DNA of 64,000 bases from Octopus bimaculoides (lineage: Eukaryota): contig NC_068982.1 in NCBI RefSeq assembly GCF_001194135.2, positions 107,082,064 through 107,146,063 on the forward strand. The letters run 5' to 3'. This document shows, one piece after another, positions 25,641-37,382 of this stretch (its first letter is position 1; every line of letters starts with the position of its first letter). The notes beneath the pieces are model-generated. The model saw only the letters and a program-made list of their open reading frames with translations. It did not search any database and was not told the origin of the DNA. The translations under genes were made by a program, and so were the position numbers.

Positions 25641-25975
25641 TTCCATTCTTTCCAGGCCAGATGAAGTAGATCTGTGATCAAAATTATTCCTGTTGTGACC
25701 ATCCTGTCTTATTTTTCTTAGCATAGTGTGGCCTAAACTACATTATCCAGTCTTTTTTTTTAAAGATAGGGCATTGTTATGTGAAGGAGATTTGACTGCT
25801 CTGTTTAGCAGGTTGTATGACTACATAGACTTTCTCATTGGATTGAACCACATTGTGTTTAGTTGCAGGTCAAATTGGAGGAAACACTTAGGATAAAAGG
25901 TGTTCCAATTGTGGCCATCCTGTTTTTTTTTTTTTTGTATCAGACATTTCATGTCTCTGGTCAGATTAAATAGTA

Positions 25976-26244
25976 TCCTCCTTTATTATTAAGAAAGACA
26001 TTCACAATATGTTTTAGATGAGATTAAATAATACAGAACTGATATTTCATTACAAAATATAACATTTTTCAAACAATTATGTTAAAAATGAAAAAAAAAC
26101 AAAAACAAAAAAACAATACAAATTCATATTTTGTTTTAGTTTAAATTACAGAAAAAAATCTTTATTGTGTAGAAATATGCTTCATTGAGTGTGGCTAGCT
26201 TTAAAGGAGTAATAAAGTCATGCAGAGAAGCCCTAAAGAAATTT
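25976..26244 (-). repeat. direct duplicate of 28928-29200 (DNase last codons + 3'UTR)
   Basis: About 270-bp homology; about 85 bp around the stop codon are identical and the A-rich middle has diverged. Confidence 0.95.
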
Positions 26245-28933
26245 TAACATTTTAACATGGCCTACAAAGATGTGACTTGAAGAAGAGTTGGCTGCTTACT
26301 TCTCACATTGAGTGACCATGTAGAGCCTCCTCCCCACATCCCTCTCTGTCTTAGGTAAAGCATTATTAACTGTCTAACAAGGTTGGATAGTTAACTCTTT
26401 AAATGTAAAAATTCTAAATATGCAGAACCAAGATTATTGACCTTTTCATGTGGGGGTCATATGTTTAATTACAGTGGCAGCTATCTTATTGTGTTTTTTT
26501 GGTAAAACTTACAAATCTGTATGTGTGAAAACATTTATTTTAATAATGTTTCAATGCTTTCTCTTTTGGTGGTCTGCAAAAATCAATGTAACACCTGAAA
26601 AGCAGAAGTCTAGAAACAAAACAAAGATCTTTTTTTTTTCTCTAATGTTTTTATTCCATTCAAACCAAATTTTACATGGTTTTCTGTTTTGGTAGAGGTA
26701 CTATTTTTTTTTCTCAATTCTATTTCCATATAGTTTTTTGTGTGTAACATAGAAATTGTTATAAATAAGTAACTTATAAGAACTGCTACATTCATGCACA
26801 AAGATGTTTAGAAATAAGAACAGGATTAACAACACATTTTAACAAAACATTTTGAATATGGAGAGTGTTCTTATGCCTGGTTCAAGCTTTTTGCTTTTTA
26901 TATTAGTAATTGAAGTATTGTTTGTTCATGGAAATTTTTTCATTCAATAAACTAATTCTTTCACTGGTATTGCTACAGATAATATATTTCTAAATCTCCT
27001 CAGACTCTGATGTTTAGCTCACTTGATGTGAAGTAAAGAAGCGATAAAACATTTCTTTGATATGATACTGACTAATTATAGATGCTAGCCTTGATAATCT
27101 GGTACCTCCTCCTGGTAGCTAAATGAACAGGTTGTCTAGTACCTTCTCTACCCAGCTATTTAGCCTTTGTGTAAAGTATGATGGATGGGAATTTCCAAAC
27201 AGCATATACTCAGTATGTGCTAGTTTTACTGTATTTTTGTCTTATATTATCTGCACTTTTTAAACTATTATACACTATCATTTAAACAAACACTTGACAG
27301 TTATTGAAATAAAAGAAAATATTTTCTTAAAGCACAAAATTACTTTAGCGATGAACTAAATACATGTCTTATATGAAATTGATTTGTTTTTTTGTTGTGC
27401 TCTTCTTGTCAAATCTTTACACCACTGGATGGTAATTTAGATGTTCACACTGAACTCAGGAACATGTGGGAGGCTGAATGTGACTCAAGAAAACTGAAAT
27501 TTCAACACAGAATGCACTGTTTCTCAACATTGTTTTAGAGCAAGACTAAATGTATATTCTTACACAAAATTAATAATCTTATTTCAATAAATGCTAATTG
27601 AGAGGATTAAAGGAAACTATAATTATCGAGTTTTCTTTGTATCAAGTTATTCAAAATGATATCTATGTCTTCAAGTTGTGATTCTTTAGCATGATATGCA
27701 ATTTAATTGAGTGATGTGTGTGAGCAGTAAAAGTGAAGGAAACATGGTGGTGTAGTTAAAAAGTACTGGCAGTGGGATGTCTATGGTGAGACAGGCAGTG
27801 AGATGTTAGTAATTGAGATAGTGAATTGTGAAGAGTGCTGGGGAAAACATGAAAAGTTGGTTAAAAGATGGAAAGTGAAAGAGGTATTAAGAAGGTGACA
27901 ATGAATTTGAAGAATTTTGGCAAATAAATCTTATGTGATTTTCTGAAAGTAAAATTTGCACCCTTTAAGAAAAAACTTTAGTAAGAAAGAAAGTGTAAAT
28001 AAACGTCTAAATATGATGGTACATTTGATAAAAATTAAGACTACATATGATCGTCAACCTCTACTATAACCATTATCTTGCAATCTTGGTTGCTTCAACA
28101 TACCTGGCTGACAAACCCCATTCTTTGTAGTTGTGTAGGTAGCAGCAGAAGAGCATCCAGTTGTATAAAGAATTGCTTCAATATACTAAAAATATTGCAA
28201 AATCATTCTACCCATGGTAATGTAGAATGAGTATAAAACAGCAAAAATGTTACTTATTTGTGGCAAACAGAAAATGTAGACATAGGATGAAAATAGATAT
28301 TGAAATGGCATAAGCTGATGGTAAAGGATGTCTAGAACAGAAATAAGCTAAGGAATTTTGAGAAAGATGTAGTGAAGACAAATTTTGCTATTTAAAAATG
28401 TAAATTTTGTCGGCAGTAATGAAAAGAAGGGAGTGGATTATTCATTAAGTCTGATTTTACTTTGAATTATATTTTTTAAAACATTTTAAAGGTTAGTCTT
28501 TGTCAGTTTATTTTCATTTCATCACAACTTTGGTCTGTATTTCAATGAGATTATAAAACTCAGTATGTATGTTTTGGAAACGCTTTAAAAACTCCTTTCC
28601 TAGACATTTATTTGTGACATTTGTGACCTTGAAAATATTTAACACAGTAATCTTATTACTGCAAAAGTGACCTTATGTTTACTCTTTGATGTTTTCCACA
28701 ACCATCTTATGAATGCCTTTCTTTTGCAATTAGAAAGTTAGAATGTGATTTATTTATGAACTGACATTTACATGTTTTACTTCACTCTAGTGCTTATGGC
28801 TGTAATCTTACAAGCAAGTGAAGATATAAGTCTAAGCAATTTTAAGCCTTGGAAGCAGATTTAACTAGAAATTGTTTCATGTCTTGTTTAAATTATTTAA
28901 CTTTTAGTATTTTGCCTAAAATTAATTTCCTCC

Positions 28934-28939
28934 TTTATT
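28934..28939 (-). terminator. candidate DNase polyadenylation signal AATAAA (a proximal one at 29117-29122)
   Basis: tttatt on + at both positions, downstream of the TAA at 29157. Confidence 0.5.
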
Positions 28940-29156
28940 ATTAAGAAAGACATTCACAATATGTTTTAGATGAGATTAAATAATACAGAACTGATATTTT
29001 ATGACAAAATATAACATTTTCAAACAATTATGTTAAAGAAAAATGAGAAAAAAAAGCACTTTCTTCAACAGAATACAAATTCACATTTTGTTTTAGTTTA
29101 AATTACAGAAAAAATCTTTATTGTGTAGAAATATGCTTCATTGAGTGTGGCTAGCT

Positions 29157-29330
29157 TTAAAGGAGTAATAAAGTCATGCAGAGAAGCCCTAAAGAAATTT
29201 CAATGACCAAATTTGAACCTCCATTAGTTGTAGTTACTTCAGGTTGTGGTGTTTTTAAAGTTGAGTTAGGTTTCTCTGTAGTCACTTGAAGTGCAAATTC
29301 TATAGGATAGTGGTCAGTGACCTTTTCAGC
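29157..29330 (-). CDS. DNase I-family gene, terminal exon (DHYP motif + S/T stalk + GPI-type signal)
   Basis: tttcttcttctttttcag acceptor, phase 0; AEKVTDHYPIEFALQVTTEKPNSTLKTPQPEVTTTNGGSNLVIEISLGLLCMTLLLL*. TDHYP corresponds to the SDHYP catalytic His motif. Confidence 0.93.
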   Translation of the reverse strand, partial: AEKVTDHYPIEFALQVTTEKPNSTLKTPQPEVTTTNGGSNLVIEISLGLLCMTLLLL

Positions 29331-31386
29331 CTGAAAAAGAAGAAGAAAGATTTGGAAATATGCAGTATGAAACCATTTTGTAAATTATTGATTAAACATA
29401 AAAGAATTTAGTTAATAATAAAAAAAAAAGATAATTCTAAAATCAAATGATTTAAAACAAGCTTGAAATAATATGAATATTGATTCTTAAATCAGGTATT
29501 TTGATGTGCTTTAATTAGCAACGTAAGCCTTAAGTACTGGAAATAAGGTATGATGTTGAAGCTTTGATTAAATTATCCCAAATTGTTCTATTGCCAACTC
29601 TGTGTACAAGAAAGGGAAAAAAAAAATTTTAAATAGAGTAAACTTCCTTCTTAGATTGAGTGAAAAAAAATTAAACCATGTTTTCCTCAAGAAAGCATTT
29701 GAGTGGTTCCAGCATAAAGATGTATGGATAACAAGAAAATACAGAATTATCTCTCATCTTTTCTGGTAAAAGAGCATTACTTTACCACTATTTTAGAGAG
29801 AAAACTGTCTTATACTTTATAAAACAATCAGAGTTCTGCAGATAACAGATGCAAGGAGTTACTTTTTATTCCAAGTCAACTTTGAATGAACAGTTTTATG
29901 ATTAGAAGTGTTCAGTCATGATTATCCCAGCTTTTTGTGACTACATTGTCCCATATGTGCTTTTAAAATGAGAGTGTGTGATTTAAGGGGGATTTGACTA
30001 CTACTTCTAGTAGGTCAAGGCTCTTTACTATTTGATGGTTAAAAGAATGAAATCAATTCTTTTAATTTCAGAAGAAGAAACAATGCCATGATCTTTGTAG
30101 GCCATGTTAAAATGTTCTTTCATGTGAATATCTTCACTAGAAACAATTATATTAGTATTTGGTGAAGAGATAAAAGCTCAAAATATTGCACAACCTTTAA
30201 TAAAAGTAACTGCATGGAAACATGAGCTGAAAGGGGCTTCGGGGAAGCTGTACTTATAGAAGAGAAATGAGTTGATTGAGATAAGTGCTTAGTGAAGGAT
30301 TGAGGAGTAAAACAGAGTGAGGGTGATAAGAGGAGAAGAAGCAAGAATTGACAATTTAGAGATGAGAAATTGTTTTGGGGATTTGGAAAATCACTGAAGA
30401 ATATAAATAGGTAAGGAAAGTAATTAGTGCAGACTATTCAAGGTGGTATCAGTAAAAAGAAACATTAATTTATATACAATGCCAACAACTCATTACTTCT
30501 AACACACGCATGTTAATGAAAATGTAAATCCATTTTGAGCAATAAATGTTAAGTTCAGAAGTTTTAGATAGAATCACACAAATTATATAAACACCTCCCA
30601 GTTTCAAAGTGCTATTTATTTTTATTTCTATCACAATTAGTGAACATTAGTACAGGTGGTTACAGGTTTCCAATGAGCCAAACGCTGGTTCACTGCATTT
30701 CAAGCTGTGAGTAACAGTTTGGAGCAGACAAATGTTACATGGGATTTCATTTGACATGCATCAGCCTTTCAATTTTTTTTTTGATGATGTTTACATCTTT
30801 TGCTGATATACACATGCAAGCGTGATATTCATGGAATATATAAGCAAGATAGGATCCTCAGGCTCCTCTTGTAAGGTAGGGACTGAGTAAGCATTGATTA
30901 TGATGACCTGTCCAAGGGCTCAAATTAAAATATTCTTAGTGGCAAGTAGATTAAAATGAATAATGATATGAATTCTTGAAAAGTTGTATAATTCACTATA
31001 TAGAACCAATATAATAATCCTAGTTTAGAACAGATATTACACTGTGACCCCTACCATATATTGATTATATTCTGTCCATTTCAAGTTAATTATGGAATGA
31101 ATAAGTTACAAACAAACAGTATTGATTATGATTTACTGCTTCAATTAATGTGTTGAGTTACATTGAGAGGTTTACCATTTTTAGTTAAGTACCTCACTTT
31201 CTAAATTCAAATATTACAGGGTCAATCTTTTTTTTTTGTCCATCCAGGATCAGTAAAAGAAGTGCATGTTTTAAAATAGAATCAAGCCAGTTAATTATAC
31301 CAAACCCCTACAAAGGAATCTTAGGTCTATTTCAAGCAAAAACAATATAATCAATATTTTAAGAAATGTAAAGCTTTATAACTCAC

Positions 31387-31480
31387 CATTTGTGCTGAAA
31401 GTTTATATTCTTTATCAAAATGGAAGACAGAACCAGCATCTTGAACTACATGTTTCAAATTGCTGCCAGTTATAATTGCC
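31387..31480 (-). CDS. DNase I-family gene, penultimate exon
   Basis: ttctttcacag acceptor and GTGAGT donor; 94 nt, phase 2 to 0; AIITGSNLKHVVQDAGSVFHFDKEYKLSAQM aligns with IVVAG..L...VVPGSA.PF.FQ..YGLS. Confidence 0.9.
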
Positions 31481-31559
31481 CTGTGAAAGAATACAGACAT
31501 TGAGTAAGAACAGATTATAAAAGTTGAAGTTACTTGTAAATTAGAAATATCTTGTTTAA

Positions 31560-32260
31560 CCCTTTTGATACCAGCCTGCCTGAAACCACTCTGTAGTACA
31601 AATGTCTTGTTTTCAAAAGTTCTGAATTAAAATCTTCCACCAAACTTAGTCACAATTTATGTTCCTAACACTAGCTTAATAATAACTAAGTTATTTTACT
31701 AAATTCTTTGTTATATTTAAAATTAATTGAAAGAATCACAGAGTATCATCATCATCATTTAATGTCCGTTTTCCATGTTGGCATGGGTTGGACGGTTTGA
31801 TTGAGGTCTGGAGAGCCAGTGGCTGCACCAGGCTCCAATCTGATCTGGCAATGTTTCTACAGCTGGATGCCCTTCCTAATGCCAACCACTCCGAGAGTGT
31901 AGTGGGTGCTTTTTATGTGCCACTGATACAGGAGCCAGTCAGGTGCGCCTGGCATTGATCACGTTCAGATAATGCTTTTTATGTGCCACCAGCACTGGGG
32001 TCAGTCAGGGGGTACTGGCATCGGCCATGTTCAGTTGGTGCTTTTTACGTGCCACTGGCTCAGGAGCCAGTCAAGCGGACCTAGTATTGACTGTGTTTGG
32101 ATGGTACTTTTTATGTGCTACCAGCACGGGAACCCATCACGGTACTGGCCACAGCTATGATATTGGTTCTACTTGACTCAACAGGTCTTCTCAAGCATAT
32201 CATATCACACGATGCATCAGGGGTATTCAGTATCTCAACAAAAATATGGTAACAAAAGGG
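31560..32260. mobile_element. TTAA-flanked piggyBac-type MITE interrupted by a family D insertion (about 31745-32230)
   Basis: TTAA at 31556-31559 and 32261-32264; TIR CCCTTTTGATACCA vs CCCTTTTGTTACCA (13/14). Confidence 0.8.
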
Positions 32261-33064
32261 TTAAGATATATATTAATAGTTGTTGAGAGCTCTGAATTTA
32301 TACCTCCAGATTTGTCTAAAATATCTAATAACAATAGAGATTATGCATCAGTATGTATATATGTGACCAAGAAAAATTTTCCTTTCACTTTCCCTAAATA
32401 AGTCAAAATTTACACATTCCCTAAAGCTGATTGCTTCACTGAAATAATGAAAGTAACTGACATTAGTTTATTAACTTGTTAACCCAACTATCTACTCTGA
32501 AGATATGTAAGTGTAAGACATGGAGAGAGAGAATTGTTCAAGAGGGAGATGAGACCTGGCTGCTCGACCTGACATAGATAGTAGCCAAAATTTTTACAAA
32601 TAGCATTCAGTTACTTCCAAATACACATGACAGTATTGTTACAACTGAAATGCCTTTCATAATAGCTTTGTTTGATTACGACTTATCTGTGTAAACACAG
32701 CAACAACAAAGTAATAAGTTTACATCAAGCCAATTGAGAAACGTCTTTGTCCAGACACTTGACTGACTAGACATAACTTCCAAATTTCTCTCAAATTATA
32801 CCTTATGACCTTAAATTAAATAAGGACACACTTTAAAAATGTAATTCTATACACAGAAACAGAAGGTTTATCTTGCAAGTTTTATGGAACCTTACAAGTA
32901 CCAGTGGCATGAAAAAAGCACCCAGTACACTCTGTAAAGTGATTGATATTAAGAAGAGTATCCAGTTTATATATATATATATATATATATATGCCATGAT
33001 TAATCGTTGACCAAACACCATTCAATTTTTTTTCTCCGTGTTTTTCTCCTTGTTTTCTCCGTAT

Positions 33065-33101
33065 TCTTTCTGTTGAAGAGCATAGCTCGAAACGTTAAAG
33101 A
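33065..33101 (+). ncRNA. degenerate minimal type I hammerhead-ribozyme-like motif in a probable Penelope terminal repeat (about 33020-33195)
   Basis: TCTTT-CTGTTGA-A-GAGC(ATA)GCTC-GAAA-CGTT-AAAGA: stem I 5 bp, stem II 4 bp, palindromic ACGT helix III; core A6>U and a GUU site. Confidence 0.45.
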
Positions 33102-33189
33102 CTTTCTCTATTCCCGAGCGTCAAACTAATACATCCTTTTGTTGTTTACACCACCTGTCCTCATCTGTTGTTTTTTTTCATACATTCTC

Positions 33190-33237
<48 letters not shown>

Positions 33238-34904
33238 ATATGTAACTACATAGAAACATATATGTATGTTCGTGTATTTCATGTTTTTTATTTGTCCTCC
33301 TCCACCATTTGACAGCTGGTGTAGGTTTATTATGTCCCTCTAACTTAGCAGTTCAACAAAAGATACTGATAAAATAAGTACCAGACTTGAAAATAAGGCC
33401 AAGAGTCAATCTGTTCAAATAAATCCTTCAAGACAGTGCCCCAGAATGGCCCAATGATAAATAAGTAAAAGGTAAAAAATAAACCATAAGCTTAAAGGCA
33501 ATAACACACCTTGTACTGTGAACAAAACTAAGAAATATTTTCATAAGAAAAGTGTGCCACATGGGAATAAATTGTTTTTATGTTTAAAAATAAAAGTTAT
33601 TAAAAATTTGTGCTGTGGAGATTTAATGATTTGCTAAAATGGGTAGGTACAATAAAATGTTTTGAAACAGCGGCCTGGTGTAGAGGCATGCAAATTGGCT
33701 AGTTTTCTTTTAGTAGCAATATAGTGAGATAAGGAGACAGTTGAATGGCTCACTATGGTTGAAAGGTCAATAGTTCATATCTCTTGTCATCATTGGCTTC
33801 AAAGACACTTAAATTTCAATGGTCCTTAGCTTTAATGACAATTTACTATTAAATTAAGCAGGAGCTAATATGCATTTAAACCTCTATCTATTAACTATGT
33901 ATTGTTCATGAAGAAGAAGTCTGAGAAATTTCCTTTCCCCAACTTCAGTTATTATTCTATGTGCCATAAAGTTAAGGACAGATAACTCCTTGTAAATAGT
34001 GTAGGCCGCTGAATAATTGAGGAGAGATTTACTAATATACAGAACTGAACTCATATTCTCCACTGAACAAAAGCTTCAGTCTCAACTCTGATAGCAATAG
34101 CAACAAGGATAAGCTCAAAGTTACTATCACACAATATGGTAACAGTAGTGAAATAAATAAAATATGTATCACACTGTAGCTGTGTAGTTAAATGCAACCT
34201 TCTTAATCATACAGCAATGACTGCGCTCTTTAACATGTGATCTACATATAATGACTGGAAGTGCAATCACCAGAACTGAAAATCAAAAAGAGAAAATATG
34301 TACACTGGAGTGGTCTCCACATCTTTTCTTCAGATAAGCTTGAAACCCAAGAATATTCCAGATTTCTAAAAAGAAACTGAAGCTTAGAGCATATAGCATT
34401 AAATGTCCTGCACAGATATATTAGAAGAAAAAATAAACAAGAGCACTCAGAGCGCAAACCTCTGCCAAGGCAACACCAACGTCCTCACAACAATTAGCTA
34501 GAGATGGCTTTTAAAATGAGAATATCCAAAATAAATTCAACTGCTCTCACAAACGAGAATACTAAAAATGAACCCGACAGCTCTCAGAAATTAAGTAAAA
34601 AACAGAAAAAAAAAATCCAGAATCCTTGTCCGGTACCAGATCAATCCAAAAATCAAATCAGTCTGTGCTAGTCACGATGCCAAACATCCCTGAAAGTTTC
34701 ATTTGAATCCATCCAGCAGTTTTTGAGATATCTGCTCCATGGACAAACAAACAAACAAACGTGACTGAAAACAATACCTCCGCCTTAGCGAAGGCAGAAG
34801 TAATAAATAGAGAGAGCACAGCATACAGAAATATAAGCCAAAGATTATCCTAAAGGTTTTTTTAGCAGGAATCATATAATTACCATTAGTCAAAATGGTA
34901 ATTA

Positions 34905-35118
34905 TATGAGCTGGCAGAAACGTTAGCATGCTGGGCAAAATGCTTAGCAGTATTTCATTTGTCTTTATGTTCTGAGTTCAAATTCCGCTGAAGTCGACTT
35001 TGCCTTTCATCCTTTCGGGTTCGATAAATTAAATACCAGTTGCATACTGGAGTTGATCTAATCAACTGGCCCCCCCTCCCCCAAAAATTTTGGGCCTTGT
35101 GCCTAGAGTAGAAAAGAA
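34905..35118 (+). mobile_element. SINE family A
   Basis: Homologous to 585-760. Confidence 0.85.
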
Positions 35119-35162
35119 TTATATGACATGAAATGAAGGAAGATTACAAATTTAGTTAATCT

Positions 35163-35580
35163 TTTAATCTTTTACTTGTTTCAGTCATTATACTGTGGCC
35201 ATGTTGTGGCATTACCTTGAAGTAGTTAAATCAAATGACTTGGCCCCAGTAGGTATTTTTTAAAGCCTGGTACTTATTCTATCAGTCTTTTTTACCAAAC
35301 TGCTAAATTATGAGGGACGTAAATGCACCAACACTGGTTGTCCAGCAGTGTTGAGGGACAAACACAGACACGCACGCGCACACACACACACACACACACA
35401 TGCACGAAACACATAATTATGACGGGCTATTTTTAGTTTCCATCTACCAAATCCACTCACAAGGCTTTGGTCGGCATGACGCTATAGTAGAAGACACTTG
35501 CCTAAGGTGTCACACAGTAGGACTGAACCTAGAACTGTATGGTTGAGAAGCAAACTTTTTGCCTCGCAGCCACGCTTGCA
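35163..35580 (-). mobile_element. SINE family B, full length, diverged
   Basis: Colinear with 56956-57348. Confidence 0.85.
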
Positions 35581-35641
35581 TTTTGAGAAAAAGAAAGTTC
35601 AATAGACCTGAAATTGGGAAAAATTAATTAGTCATACTCAC

Positions 35642-35903
35642 TGGTCATAAGTACAGCTGTTATCCTCAACTGTTGTATCATCAGAGATCAACCACTTGTA
35701 ACTCATATCCTTCACAATCAGTAGATTTTTTTTGCATTCATCATTGCAGTATTGACAATCTGTGTTCAGTGTACCCATGATGACAAAATTTTTCTGACTA
35801 ACTTTCTTCTCTAGCTCATTTATTACTTCAACAAGTGAATCCATTTCCTCCTTTACATTATCTGAATCCACGTGAATACCAATGATTGTCACTTCAGTTA
35901 TAT
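35642..35903 (-). CDS. DNase I-family gene, central exon (His134, GxxN and YD motifs)
   Basis: ttcctatttttcag acceptor and GTGAGT donor; 262 nt, phase 1 to 2; ITEVTIIGIHVDSDNVKEEMDSL...MGTLNTDCQY...WLISDDTT...CTYD aligns with bovine FAIVALH..SDAVAEINSL...MGDFNADCSY...WLIPDSADTT...CAYDR. Confidence 0.95.
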
Positions 35904-36074
35904 CTGAAAAATAGGAAGAAAATCATAACTTAAAGAGAGGGAGAAAGTGTGTGTGTGTCTGTTATTTAATTTCTAATTTACTAACATTTATTCAGTTTGC
36001 ATGCATGTATGTGTGTGTATGTATGGATGCATGCATGCATGCATATATGTATGTATGTATGTATGTATGTATTG

Positions 36075-36900
36075 AATTTCCTGAGGAAGAATTTAGGCAA
36101 GTGTTGGTTGGTTGAAATTAGTCCAGTTTTTTCATTTAAATTTGTGGTTAGAGTAGCAAATATGGCAGAGTAGCTTTACTCTAATAGAGAACTTGCACTA
36201 CTTTGATATGTTCCTAAATGTCTGTACTTTATCTAGCAGTCAATGGGATGCTTGCATTTTCTCCTTTGTATCTGACTTACTTCTATGTTTTGAAAGTGCT
36301 ATGTTGTTTTCCATGTTGGAATGATGAAATGAACTGTTGTGCTAGATGCAGATAACTTTTGAAGTTCTCTAGAGGTCTTGTATAGCTTATTGATATGTTA
36401 CCTATTGACACATCAACATGTCGTATAATGTCTTTGTCTAGGCCTTTATCCTTTAAGAGACAAAGGTTTATATTTCAGCAGTATTTGCTTGTTTGCAAAC
36501 TTTTTATATTGCTGGCTTTTGTGGCACTAGACTTGTTTTTCATGCAGTTTAGCTCATCTTGATGCTGTTTCTGCAGAACAACTAATAGAATTTATTACTG
36601 CTTAAGTAAAGTTTCTCTGATTCAGGAGAGAAAATGCTTTGCAATTCTGGTTTTCCCGTTGATAATGTATTGTGGATTATACCAAATAATATTCCTCTTC
36701 TAAATAGTTTTAGGTTCACAGCTAGAGGATTCCACCACGTACTTGATTGCTCCTGTGTATCAGGTACTTGAGAGTGCTTAACTTTCAGTGGGGAAGGCTT
36801 GTGTAGGATCAGCCACACTTTTTAGAAATGCTGATAGAAGAAAGTTGATGCAGTTGTTTGCCATAAACTCAACGAACAACAAGATTTTATATTAGAATTG
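36075..36900 (-). mobile_element. Penelope-like element remnant (old)
   Basis: KLSTLKYLIHRS (S.IHRA-like) and ISYTRPLENFKKL (YRRP.NL-like); many stops. Confidence 0.5.
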
Positions 36901-37382
36901 AAAATGTGCACTTAGGTACCAAACTAGAAATATCTTAAACCCTTGTTCATACATACACACATACATACAACACACACACACACATATATATATGTAATCC
37001 ATTACAGCACTTACCTAGTGTACCTAATCATTTCAATCACCTGTGAACTAAACCTCCATACTTATATATATATAACTCTAACTCTTCGAAACGCTCAGTT
37101 TTAGAATGGTGGCAGCTGATGAAGGAAATGTTCTCTATGTGGCCTGTGTGTTTTCTGTACTCTGTTTATCATTTTGTCCACATTTTTTTTTTGCAACGTC
37201 CTGTACCCAGATATGCATCTATATATACATGTAGATGTAGGTATGTACATACATGTACGTATATATGCATATACTCATTTATTATTTGTATTATATATAT
37301 ATTTACATATCATGTAAATACATGCCCATTAACTCATGTGAGTTCATCTGCCCCTTGATGGATGTTTTTTCATCCTGTAGGG

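Noticed and set aside
31075-31165. + strand FQVNYGM resembling DNase FQAAYGL
   Set aside because: Wrong strand, no splice sites; the true exon is 31480-31387.
37085-37135. GAAAC...CTGATGA (type II hammerhead order)
   Set aside because: Helix III would be only 2 bp and helices I and II do not form.
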